The notes under the pieces are model-generated. The model searched no databases. It was not told where the DNA came from and worked only from the letters and a program-made list of their open reading frames with translations. DNA of 64,000 nt, from NCBI GenBank assembly GCA_036339735.1, contig JAYZAL010000036.1:64001-128000 (forward strand), read 5' to 3'. The DNA is from Candidatus Poribacteria bacterium. Lineage in GTDB: Bacteria > Poribacteria > WGA-4E > UBA9662. The stretch's first letter is position 1; every line of letters begins with the position of its first letter. The position numbers and the translations under genes were made by a program. Shown in pieces: positions 41,417 to 49,809 of this stretch.

Positions 41417-42862
41417 ATGGAAGATATTAGAATTTTAATCGCAGATGACGATGATAGCATTCGGTTCGTGTTACAGAAATTGCTCGAAAAAGATGGCTTT
41501 TCCGTTGACACCGCTAAGAATGGTAGAGAAACCCTAGAGTGTTATCAGGCTCAGACGTACACAGTTGTTTTTTTGGATATTATCATGCCAGATGCCAATG
41601 GACTAGATCTGATTAACGAATTGAAGGATATAGACCCGAATAGTTCAATTATTATTATAACAGCGCATGGAGATACACAAACAGCTATTGAGGCTGCTAA
41701 GCGAAATTCCTACGATTATGTCACTAAACCATTTGATCGACAAGAGATAATTGATATAACCAATCGAGCAGTAGAAGCTTCTACTCAAGCTCGGTCGACC
41801 GTTCGGGACCAAAAGACGACAGGAACTCAACAATCCTCCGATAAAAGTAGAATTGTTGGACAAAGTGTTGCTATGCGCAAAGTTTTCCAAACCGTTGGCC
41901 GTGCTGCAGTTAGTGACGAAACTGTTTTAATTATTGGTGAAAGTGGAACAGGAAAAGAACTGGTAGCTAAGGCAATCCATGAAAACAGTAACCGTGATGG
42001 TTCCGATTTTATCGTTGTAGATTGTAGTGCTATTCCACCAAATCTTATAGAAAGTGCCTTATTTGGACATGTAAAAGGAGCTTTTACAGGGGCTGACCAA
42101 ACACATAAAGGAAAGTTTGAGCAAGCTGATCAAGGTACTATCTTTTTGGATGAGGTAGGTGAATTACCACACGAGGTACAGATGAAACTCTTGAGAGTTT
42201 TACAAGAACGAGAAATTGAGCCCATTGGATCGGGCCGTCGGCAAAAGGTAGATGTACGAGTCGTTTCCGCAACCAATCGACATTTGGATCAGGAAGTACG
42301 GAAGGGTGGTTTTCGCCAAGACTTATTCTATCGTCTCAATGTGATTCCTATATATCTTCCACCTTTGCGTGAACGTTTGGAAGATATACCTGCATTGGTT
42401 GATTTGTTCGTTTCTCGGTTTGCTGAAAACTATGGACATCCCAAAGTCCCAATCTCAGATAAGGTCATGGAAATGTTAGTCCAACACAGTTGGAGTGGGA
42501 ATGTACGTGAGTTAGAAAACTCTATTAAACGAGCTTTAGTCATGGGCTCTGGTAATGCCCTTTTACCGGAACATTTTTCTGACTTTGGAACCTCTGTTAC
42601 ATTTGATTCCAAGATAGATTTTGATTTACAAAATGCAGTTCAACAATTAGTATCTCATCAGGTCGAACAGTACTTAGATAAAAAAGAGACTGACCTTGAG
42701 TTGGGTAATCTATACTCTGAAATTCGCCGTGCGTATGAAAAACCACTATTTGAAGCAGTTCTGGATTATACTGACGGTAATCGCAGTCGGGCAGCTCAGG
42801 TATTAGGAATTAATCGTAATACACTACACTCACGTATTCAAGAATTATCGATCCATAAGTAA
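41417..42862 (+). CDS. ntrC: NtrC-like sigma-54-dependent response regulator
   Basis: Receiver (ADDD, LDIIMP, KPFD), AAA+ with GESGTGKE and GAFTGA, HTH GNRSRAAQVLGINRNTL. Confidence 0.8.
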   Translation: MEDIRILIADDDDSIRFVLQKLLEKDGFSVDTAKNGRETLECYQAQTYTVVFLDIIMPDANGLDLINELKDIDPNSSIIIITAHGDTQTAIEAAKRNSYDYVTKPFDRQEIIDITNRAVEASTQARSTVRDQKTTGTQQSSDKSRIVGQSVAMRKVFQTVGRAAVSDETVLIIGESGTGKELVAKAIHENSNRDGSDFIVVDCSAIPPNLIESALFGHVKGAFTGADQTHKGKFEQADQGTIFLDEVGELPHEVQMKLLRVLQEREIEPIGSGRRQKVDVRVVSATNRHLDQEVRKGGFRQDLFYRLNVIPIYLPPLRERLEDIPALVDLFVSRFAENYGHPKVPISDKVMEMLVQHSWSGNVRELENSIKRALVMGSGNALLPEHFSDFGTSVTFDSKIDFDLQNAVQQLVSHQVEQYLDKKETDLELGNLYSEIRRAYEKPLFEAVLDYTDGNRSRAAQVLGINRNTLHSRIQELSIHK

Positions 42863-42879
42863 GCATAGGTGAAAAGACT

Positions 42880-43161
42880 ATGGACATGGGAAAAGTTATT
42901 GGAACAGTGGTAGCCACACAAAAAGACCCGACACTGGTTGGTATGCGTCTTCTAGTTGTGCAACCAATCACCGCAACAGGAAAAGCAACTGGAACTGCTC
43001 AGGTCGCCGTTGATACGGAAGGCCTAGCCGGAGTTGGTGATTTGGTTTATACGGTCACTGGTGGAGACGCGAGTTTTTCTCACCCGGAACGAGAAATGCC
43101 TACTGACGCAGCCATCGTAGGTCTGGTTAATACTATTTGTGTGACAGATTTGAACACTTAA
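42880..43161 (+). CDS. EutN/CcmL family microcompartment vertex (BMC-P) protein
   Basis: GKVIGTVVATQKDPTLVG.RLLVVQP...VAVD...AGVGD.V...DAAIVGLV. Confidence 0.92.
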   Translation: MDMGKVIGTVVATQKDPTLVGMRLLVVQPITATGKATGTAQVAVDTEGLAGVGDLVYTVTGGDASFSHPEREMPTDAAIVGLVNTICVTDLNT

Positions 43162-43169
43162 TAGCCAAA

Positions 43170-43478
43170 ATGTATATCGCCAAAGTCATCGGCAAAATTG
43201 TCTCGCTAACGAAACATCCAGCATATCGCGGGCGGACACTTCTACTCGTTCAGCCTCTAAATCTCCTAGACGAGGTGGTCCGCAACCCAACAATTGCCGT
43301 TGACTACGTCGGTGCTGGCGAAGGAGACACAGTAATAATTGGGGCTGGACCAGGCGTAGCTCAGGAAGTTTTTGGTCTAGATAATGCTCCTATTAGAGAG
43401 CTCGTAATGGGCATTGTTGATCATTTTGATGTTGAAAGCGAAGTTTTGGATCAATATGAAGATCTTCCTCTGGCCTGA
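43170..43478 (+). CDS. EutN/CcmL family microcompartment vertex (BMC-P) protein
   Basis: MYIAKVIGKIVSLTKHP...LLLVQP...AVDYVGAGEGD...VMGIVD; acidic C-terminal tail. Confidence 0.92.
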   Translation: MYIAKVIGKIVSLTKHPAYRGRTLLLVQPLNLLDEVVRNPTIAVDYVGAGEGDTVIIGAGPGVAQEVFGLDNAPIRELVMGIVDHFDVESEVLDQYEDLPLA

Positions 43479-43490
43479 TAGCAAAACGTT

Positions 43491-44360
43491 ATGTTGATAC
43501 CTCTGAGGCATACTGATCTAGTATCGACCACTAAAACTTTGACTTCTTCTAGCCAAAGTTTTAGTGTATATTTTTTGATCGTAGTTAACCTGACCATTTT
43601 TGGTTGGCAGTTGCTAGCCCAACATATCTACGATTTTAGCCTAATCGAATTGGGAGCCGTAGTTCCCTTCGATTTCTTGGTATCCATCTCCGGTTTAAAA
43701 GAAAATGCCCCACGGTTAATATACGCTTTGTTTCTCCACGATATTCGTTTAGAAGGTAGATTCCTTCATCTGATTGGTAATATGTCGTATCTGCTGGCAT
43801 TTGGTCCTGATCTAGAGTTACGAGTTGGTCGGCTGAAATTTGTATTATTTTATTTATTGTCTGGCATTCTCTCAACAGTAGTGCACATCTGCTTCTACCC
43901 AGATTCCACTACTTACCTGATTGGTGCCAGTGGGGCTGTAGCAGGTATTATGGGCGCACACTTGGCAGTTTGCCGCGGCACAAAAATCCGAATTTTTCTG
44001 CTTGTAAAAGTTATTCCTATCCCAGCAGCAGCAATACTAATATCATGGATTGGCCTACAAATTGTAAATGCTTATCTGTCTCCAATACAATCGTCAACCG
44101 CTTGGGGAGTTCACGTCTCAGGTTTTGTTGTTGGCCTATTAATGGTTCAACTTTCTAGAACAAATCAAGCATCACATAAAACTAAAGAAGATAAGGAGTA
44201 TATTACTAACAACTATTCTTCATCGCCTTTTTCATCATCAAATACCAAATTCATTGAAGATGAAGCATCAGCAGTATTTCCACTATACCCTTTAGCACAA
44301 CCGTTGCGATCTATCACTACTAAAAAACAAAAGCGACAAAAAAGGAATAAAAAATGTTAG
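43491..44360 (+). CDS. Rhomboid family intramembrane serine protease
   Basis: FLH...HLIGNM, GASGAVAG, HVSGF. Confidence 0.9.
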   Translation: MLIPLRHTDLVSTTKTLTSSSQSFSVYFLIVVNLTIFGWQLLAQHIYDFSLIELGAVVPFDFLVSISGLKENAPRLIYALFLHDIRLEGRFLHLIGNMSYLLAFGPDLELRVGRLKFVLFYLLSGILSTVVHICFYPDSTTYLIGASGAVAGIMGAHLAVCRGTKIRIFLLVKVIPIPAAAILISWIGLQIVNAYLSPIQSSTAWGVHVSGFVVGLLMVQLSRTNQASHKTKEDKEYITNNYSSSPFSSSNTKFIEDEASAVFPLYPLAQPLRSITTKKQKRQKRNKKC

Positions 44361-44983
44361 ACCGAATTTTGCGTTATTTATCTTCGATGATTTTTGGATG
44401 GTTAACGCTCCTCGTTTTTACGACAACTGGTTGTGTAATTTCGCTATCAAGCCTCAGTACTCAATGGAGCAACAACCTTTTGGCAGACCCGGAATTAGAA
44501 ATTACTGATCCGAACTTAACTGATGGCAACCTAGAAACCGTAGCTTTATCAGTATCACGGCAAAAAAAAGATAAATCTCGATATTTTGTCATTAAATTTC
44601 CACGAACCCAATCCGTACATAAAATTGTCATTCACAATCAAAATTTACTGTTGTTTAAGGTCGAATATTTAGATCCAAAAAGTGAAAAATGGAAGGTAGC
44701 TCACTCGGTACGTACACGAAACTTCGATCGTGATGGTCGTCTGCAAACTAAATTTGTTATCGATCGACTCCGCTTAAACACAAAAATGATTCGTATTAAT
44801 GTCAACCGTACTATTGACGACCGTATTATTTCTAAAGTGGTTGTTGACCCTGATGACCATGTAGTTAACGTGATTCAGCGTAGTTTCGCTGGAAGATACG
44901 CCAAATTTTTTCGCGTATTAGATCCATCTCCGGCTGCCATTCGGGAAATTGAAGCCTATCAACTTCTCGAAAAATCCAGTTAG
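44354..44983 (+). CDS. Hypothetical lipoprotein, possible galactose-binding/discoidin-like fold
   Basis: Lipobox-like TTGC; LTDGNLET, FKVEY...KWK, IRINV and IREIEAY follow an F5/8-type pattern. Confidence 0.55.
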   Translation: MLDRILRYLSSMIFGWLTLLVFTTTGCVISLSSLSTQWSNNLLADPELEITDPNLTDGNLETVALSVSRQKKDKSRYFVIKFPRTQSVHKIVIHNQNLLLFKVEYLDPKSEKWKVAHSVRTRNFDRDGRLQTKFVIDRLRLNTKMIRINVNRTIDDRIISKVVVDPDDHVVNVIQRSFAGRYAKFFRVLDPSPAAIREIEAYQLLEKSS

Positions 44984-44985
44984 AG

Positions 44986-45015
44986 AAAGTTGCAATTTTT
45001 TCTAGTTGCAACTTT
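44986..45015. terminator. Hairpin after the rib-ntr-eutN gene run (terminator or operator)
   Basis: AAAGTTGCAA-N10-TTGCAACTTT perfect 10-bp inverted repeat just after the stop codon. Confidence 0.5.
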
Positions 45016-45373
45016 ACACGAAGCAAACAAATTCATTTGTCGGGGTTGCCAGCATTTTTACTTAATCTTATCTATTTCTTGACGTTACACGATAATTTTC
45101 TCTTTTTGTTCGGGACTACCAATCATGGTTGTATGACTTGTTCAGGTTATAGATTTTTCCATTACGAAGACTCATGCTTTAGGATTTATTTGTTTATTAC
45201 CAACTTTGAAAATTCTCTTTCTTCCAGTGGCTATCAACTATTCAAAATTCTTGCTCTTGATTCAGTCTGGAAGAGCCAAAATCACAGGATGTATTAACTG
45301 TTTACTGCACAAAAAAAGAGAACACGGCAGGTTTTTATAATCGACTACAGTCAATCTTGGGTTATAGATACAT

Positions 45374-45901
45374 TTAGGATTTGCTCAAATCCAAAACACA
45401 AATATCGGGTAAATTTCGATAAAGTTGATCATAGTCCAGACCGTAACCAACTACAAACTGATTTTCAATACTAAAACCAACATAATTGATTGATATAGGC
45501 TGTTGGCGACGGGACGGTTTGTCTAATAAGGAACAAAGTTTGATTCTGAAAGGAGAAAAACTCAAAAGGTAATCATACAAAACAGTGATTGATAATCCTG
45601 TATCGACAATGTCTTCAATCACTAAGATATCAGAGTTCCCAATATTATCCAACGAACTCGATATAATTTTCACACTACCACTTGAGTTCCTCCTAGATCC
45701 ATAACTCTCCAACTGAATAAACTCGCAGCTAAAAGGCAATGAAATTTGTCTAATTAGATCAGCAAAAAATACAAAGCTACCCCTCAGGATACAAACCAGT
45801 ACCAAATTTTGACATTCTGCATAATCAGCACTGATTTCCAAGCCAAGTTCCTCAACCCGTTGCTGAATTCTTCGATGGTCAATAAGCGGAGTCAACTTCA
45901 T
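45374..45901 (-). CDS. hpt: Hypoxanthine phosphoribosyltransferase
   Basis: ILRGSFVFFADL, VIEDIVDTG, LLDKPSRR, FVVGYGLDY, YRNLP. Confidence 0.96.
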   Translation of the reverse strand: MKLTPLIDHRRIQQRVEELGLEISADYAECQNLVLVCILRGSFVFFADLIRQISLPFSCEFIQLESYGSRRNSSGSVKIISSSLDNIGNSDILVIEDIVDTGLSITVLYDYLLSFSPFRIKLCSLLDKPSRRQQPISINYVGFSIENQFVVGYGLDYDQLYRNLPDICVLDLSKS

Positions 45902-47264
45902 AGTCAATTTTTAGCATACGTTCAGTAGATTCAGTTACACAGCCAATTTGGCTGGTACGGTAACCAATGATCCATAGGATTTTGTGTTTTTTGTCCACTA
46001 GAATTGGAATTTGATCTCTTAGATATTTCGGAACTTTTTGATCAATCAAAAAATCTTTTACTTTTTTCGAACCATTCAGTCCAAAAGGATGGAATCGGTC
46101 TCCCTCCTTACGATTTCGAATGAATAACGGAAGGTCAAGTTGATCCATGTCAAATACTGCCGAGAATCGTCCATCAGGTATAGATCGAATTCGGTCTTCT
46201 GAGAGCTGACTTACTAGGGTGCCTGTTGGTATATGGTTGTTATCATTTAACTGTAATTGTTTTTCAAACCATTGACTCTTGGGGGCTAAACGCTTCAAGC
46301 TAAATTCGTCGTAGCTGCGACGAAATAAAATCTGAGATGGCAAATAAATTTCAACATTCGGTCGATCGGCACTTAACAAATCGATCATTGAATGAACATG
46401 GGTAAAGTATAAATCTTTTTTATGACCAACTATTTGAAAGTAGATCAACCTGATCAGTCTTCTCTGTAAAGCAAGATGTAATCTGATAAAAGATAAGCGG
46501 TCGAACTTATACTGACCGATCTGACATTTTAAAAGAGCATCCTGGGTTTGACGATGTAAAAAATCTTCATCAGTCTGAATCAGGTTAGCTGTGTTTGATA
46601 GTATGTTGGGAATATTTGGGTTGTAATCACGAGACAAAATTGGTAGAAGTTCATGTCGAATGCGATTACGTAGAAACCGATAATCCTCATTGGATTCATC
46701 TTGACAGGCCTCAATTTTTTTCTTTCTCAGATATTTTTTGATTTCGGGACGCCGAAGACATAAAAGAGGACGTACATAGCGTCCATCTCGGACGGGTAAC
46801 ATTCCACCCAAACCTGTTCCACCAGCGCCACGTAACAACTTTAATAACACTGTCTCAGCCTGATCATCAATGTGATGGCCTAAAGCAATTTTTTCGGCTT
46901 TCAGTCTATCAGCTACTCGATCCAAAAATTGGTAACGCCAATATCGTAAATTGGCTTCCACGGACGTGGATTCAGTTGTTAAAGAATCTATAGGTGGTAA
47001 ATTTTCTACTGTATAGGGGAGACCAAGAGAGCTAGCCTGCTGTGCGACGTAATCAGCTTCATTGATCGAACTAGTTCTTAGGCCATGATTAAAATGAGCA
47101 ACGTGAAGATCAAAAGCTAGAATCCGATGAAGATCAAATAAAAGATGTAGGAGAGCTAAAGAGTCAGCCCCACCAGAAACAGCAACAACAACTGTCTCAT
47201 GAGCGTGAATTATATCGTGGGAACCAATGAAGCGACGAACGGTTCTCAGGGTCGGGTTTGTCAT
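45879..47264 (-). CDS. tilS: tRNA(Ile)-lysidine synthetase
   Basis: SGGADS PP-loop, HFNHGLR, GHHIDDQAET, RPLL, RNRIRH, C-terminal GSKKVKDFLID; classic tilS-hpt pair. Confidence 0.97.
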   Translation of the reverse strand: MTNPTLRTVRRFIGSHDIIHAHETVVVAVSGGADSLALLHLLFDLHRILAFDLHVAHFNHGLRTSSINEADYVAQQASSLGLPYTVENLPPIDSLTTESTSVEANLRYWRYQFLDRVADRLKAEKIALGHHIDDQAETVLLKLLRGAGGTGLGGMLPVRDGRYVRPLLCLRRPEIKKYLRKKKIEACQDESNEDYRFLRNRIRHELLPILSRDYNPNIPNILSNTANLIQTDEDFLHRQTQDALLKCQIGQYKFDRLSFIRLHLALQRRLIRLIYFQIVGHKKDLYFTHVHSMIDLLSADRPNVEIYLPSQILFRRSYDEFSLKRLAPKSQWFEKQLQLNDNNHIPTGTLVSQLSEDRIRSIPDGRFSAVFDMDQLDLPLFIRNRKEGDRFHPFGLNGSKKVKDFLIDQKVPKYLRDQIPILVDKKHKILWIIGYRTSQIGCVTESTERMLKIDYEVDSAY

Positions 47265-47275
47265 TGGGAACTAAA

Positions 47276-47349
47276 TGCCGGTGTCGAGACTTGAACTCGA
47301 AACCTTACGATTATGAGTCGTACGCTCTAACCAGTTGAGCTACACCGGC
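47276..47349 (-). tRNA. tRNA with CAT anticodon, probably Ile2 (elongator Met not excluded)
   Basis: GCCGGTG/CACCGGC acceptor stem; anticodon arm TACGA-CTCATAA-TCGTA; T-loop TTCAAGT; CCA not encoded. Confidence 0.9.
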
Positions 47350-47356
47350 AAAATAA

Positions 47357-47381
47357 AAGGGAGTTACTAATGAACTCCCTT
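47357..47381 (-). terminator. Terminator-like hairpin between tRNA-fMet and tRNA-CAT
   Basis: Minus strand AAGGGAGTT-CATTAGT-AACTCCCTT followed by TTATTTT. Confidence 0.65.
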
Positions 47382-47388
47382 AATATAA

Positions 47389-47461
<73 letters not shown>

Positions 47462-47485
47462 ACAAGACCAATCTGATTTAGATGA

Positions 47486-47572
47486 TGGGCGAGAAGGGAC
47501 TTGAACCCTTACGATCGTTAAATGATCGACGGATTTTAAGTCCGTTGTGTCTACCAATTCCACCACTCGCCC
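47486..47572 (-). tRNA. tRNA-Leu (TAA)
   Basis: GGGCGAG/CTCGCCC acceptor stem, anticodon arm ACGGA-CTTAAAA-TCCGT, long variable arm, 87 nt. Confidence 0.96.
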
Positions 47573-47625
47573 AGCAGGCTGGAACTCAGACTCTGTCTAA
47601 TTCCACCGGGGAATTGACAGGTCGA

Positions 47626-47655
47626 ATTTTAAATTATTGACACCGACGATGTCAA
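47626..47655 (-). promoter_or_regulatory. Sigma-70 promoter of the tRNA cluster
   Basis: Minus strand TTGACA-N18-TAAAAT about 55 nt upstream of tRNA-Leu. Confidence 0.7.
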
Positions 47656-47705
47656 GTATTTTTTCTTTTCCTAAATTTATAGAGTTATTATTTCTGTGCC
47701 TACAG

Positions 47706-48836
47706 TCATTCAACCAAGTCATCAAGATAGAGTCGTTTGCCTCCTTGAAGATGAGATTGGTTCGCCCCCAAAACGGTGGCTAAGCTATTCATACTATCAG
47801 AAAAGCTACTTTTTAGTATCTTTTGATCATTTTTCTGTATGGCATAAATAAAAGCTCGGTTGATAAGTTCATCGGGACTAACTCCCGTTTTAGTAGGTAA
47901 AACATGTCGAGGGTTTTGTGGATCGCCATGATATACTACGGCGTCTCGCCCTTCGAATTTCATGTGGCCATTAGTCCATAAAATACTATTATAGCTATCA
48001 GAATAGGAAACTTGTCTTAGTCTAGACATTAACAGATTTCCTACAGCACCTGATTTAAACCCAAAGGTTACCTGGTATGCATAAGGATTATCCCCCCCAT
48101 TCAGAATATCCACCGAATCTCGCTCCACATAATTAGCAGAAACCCAGTCAATATCCCCACCCCAATAACGCATCAGGTCTACCTGGTGAATACCAGCTTC
48201 AACTATCGTAGAGCCAGACCACTCAAAATTGGCGGCCCAGACCCGGTTGCTTGGCCCTCCAAGATTTTCAGTAGGTGTATGCTTGACGGAATGACCTTCT
48301 AGAGTGCTATTGTGAATCATCGTCATCATCACCAATTTTTTATTTTGAAGAAAAATTTGGGCGGCTTGATATCGTGGGTCATAACGTTGCTGAAAACCAA
48401 CAGTTGAAATTACACCACTTTCCCTGATAGCCTTTTCCATCTGAATAGCCTGATCTAGAGATAGACTCATTGGTTTTTCAGTAAAAATATGCAATCCAGA
48501 AGTAGCAGCCGCCACAATTTCACCTTGATGTACCCCTGGTGGTAAAGCAAAATAGATGGCGTCTACCTGATTTTCTGTTGACATTAGTTCCAAAACAGAT
48601 AAGAAATCAGTTGAAACATGAATATCATCAAGTGAAAAATTATCTACATATTGACAAATTTTTTGAGCAGTTAAATTTTTTTGATGAGCATCAACTAAAG
48701 CTGTGATTTGAACAAGGCTTTCAGATTGAAGTTTCCACAATAAGCTAAGATGTTGTAAGCCGCGCTGTCCCAATCCCACTATGGCTATTCGGACGGGAGT
48801 CGTTTGAATAGCCATAGTTGATTTTTCTGAAGCCAT
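47706..48836 (-). CDS. Gfo/Idh/MocA family oxidoreductase
   Basis: IAIVGLGQRG, HIFTEKP, VGFQQRY, GIHQVDL. Confidence 0.9.
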   Translation of the reverse strand: MASEKSTMAIQTTPVRIAIVGLGQRGLQHLSLLWKLQSESLVQITALVDAHQKNLTAQKICQYVDNFSLDDIHVSTDFLSVLELMSTENQVDAIYFALPPGVHQGEIVAAATSGLHIFTEKPMSLSLDQAIQMEKAIRESGVISTVGFQQRYDPRYQAAQIFLQNKKLVMMTMIHNSTLEGHSVKHTPTENLGGPSNRVWAANFEWSGSTIVEAGIHQVDLMRYWGGDIDWVSANYVERDSVDILNGGDNPYAYQVTFGFKSGAVGNLLMSRLRQVSYSDSYNSILWTNGHMKFEGRDAVVYHGDPQNPRHVLPTKTGVSPDELINRAFIYAIQKNDQKILKSSFSDSMNSLATVLGANQSHLQGGKRLYLDDLVE

Positions 48837-48955
48837 TTTCTCATTATAGTTAGATTATGGTTTTTTGACAAATCATATTGAAATATAAGGGAGAGAAACC
48901 TAGAACATATTATCATCGTTCCTTGATTGACAATTATAAACAGGAGAAATAATCG

Positions 48956-49807
48956 ATGCAAGATCAGATAGAAATTTTGCTGTGGCCTACAGGCTTACCA
49001 ACCGGTGCGCGAACTATCCCTACCAGACAAATTGAAAAACTGAGAGACGAAGAAACCGATGAACACTTGACATTCGTTGACGAACCAACACTGACAGTAT
49101 ATTTCGCTCCTGAGGAGAAAAACAATGGTTGTTGCGTAATTATTTGTCCCGGTGGTGGCTATAATATTTTAGCTTGGCCGAAAGAAGGTATCGAATTGGC
49201 TGAATGGTTTAACAATTTTGGAGTCACTGCTGTAGTATTAAAATACCGTGTACCCCGCCGAAATCCTGACAAACCACACTGGGAACCGTTGCAAGATGGG
49301 CAAAGAGCGATGCGCATAGTGCGGCAAAACGCGAGTCAGTGGAATATTGATATCAGTCGAATTGGCCTACTCGGTTTTTCTGCTGGAGGCCATCTTGCTT
49401 TGATGGTTGGAACTCAACATGGTATGGATAGCTATAACCAAGTTGATTCTGCAGATATTCTTAGTTCGCGCCCTGATTTTCTATGTCCTATCTATGCAGC
49501 CTATCTAGGTCCCAATTACCGAGATGATATACCAGAGCTCGGTGATTTAGTCAAAATTGACAGCGATACGCCACCCACATTTATGTCTGTTACTTTGGAT
49601 GACGACTATCGAGGAGTACAAGCCGGATTGCTAATGGGTGAATTCAAACGTGCAGATGTTGCAGCAGAAGCTCATATTTACGCAATTGGTGGTCATGGAT
49701 ACGGAATTCGCCCTTCTGTTAACCCAGTTTCAAATTGGCACTGGCGTCTGAAGGAATGGATGAAAGCACAAGGATTTCTGCAGGCATCTGCCATTAGCTC
49801 AAAATAA
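48956..49807 (+). CDS. Alpha/beta hydrolase (carbohydrate esterase-like)
   Basis: CPGGGY, LKYRVP, GFSAGGHL nucleophile elbow, GGHGYG. Confidence 0.88.
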   Translation: MQDQIEILLWPTGLPTGARTIPTRQIEKLRDEETDEHLTFVDEPTLTVYFAPEEKNNGCCVIICPGGGYNILAWPKEGIELAEWFNNFGVTAVVLKYRVPRRNPDKPHWEPLQDGQRAMRIVRQNASQWNIDISRIGLLGFSAGGHLALMVGTQHGMDSYNQVDSADILSSRPDFLCPIYAAYLGPNYRDDIPELGDLVKIDSDTPPTFMSVTLDDDYRGVQAGLLMGEFKRADVAAEAHIYAIGGHGYGIRPSVNPVSNWHWRLKEWMKAQGFLQASAISSK

Positions 49808-49809
49808 AG

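Noticed and set aside
45037-45297. 86-aa plus-strand ORF, or an ftsH remnant after tilS-hpt
   Set aside because: TTG start, no SD, no recognisable motif; the minus strand has several stops and no FtsH similarity that I can see
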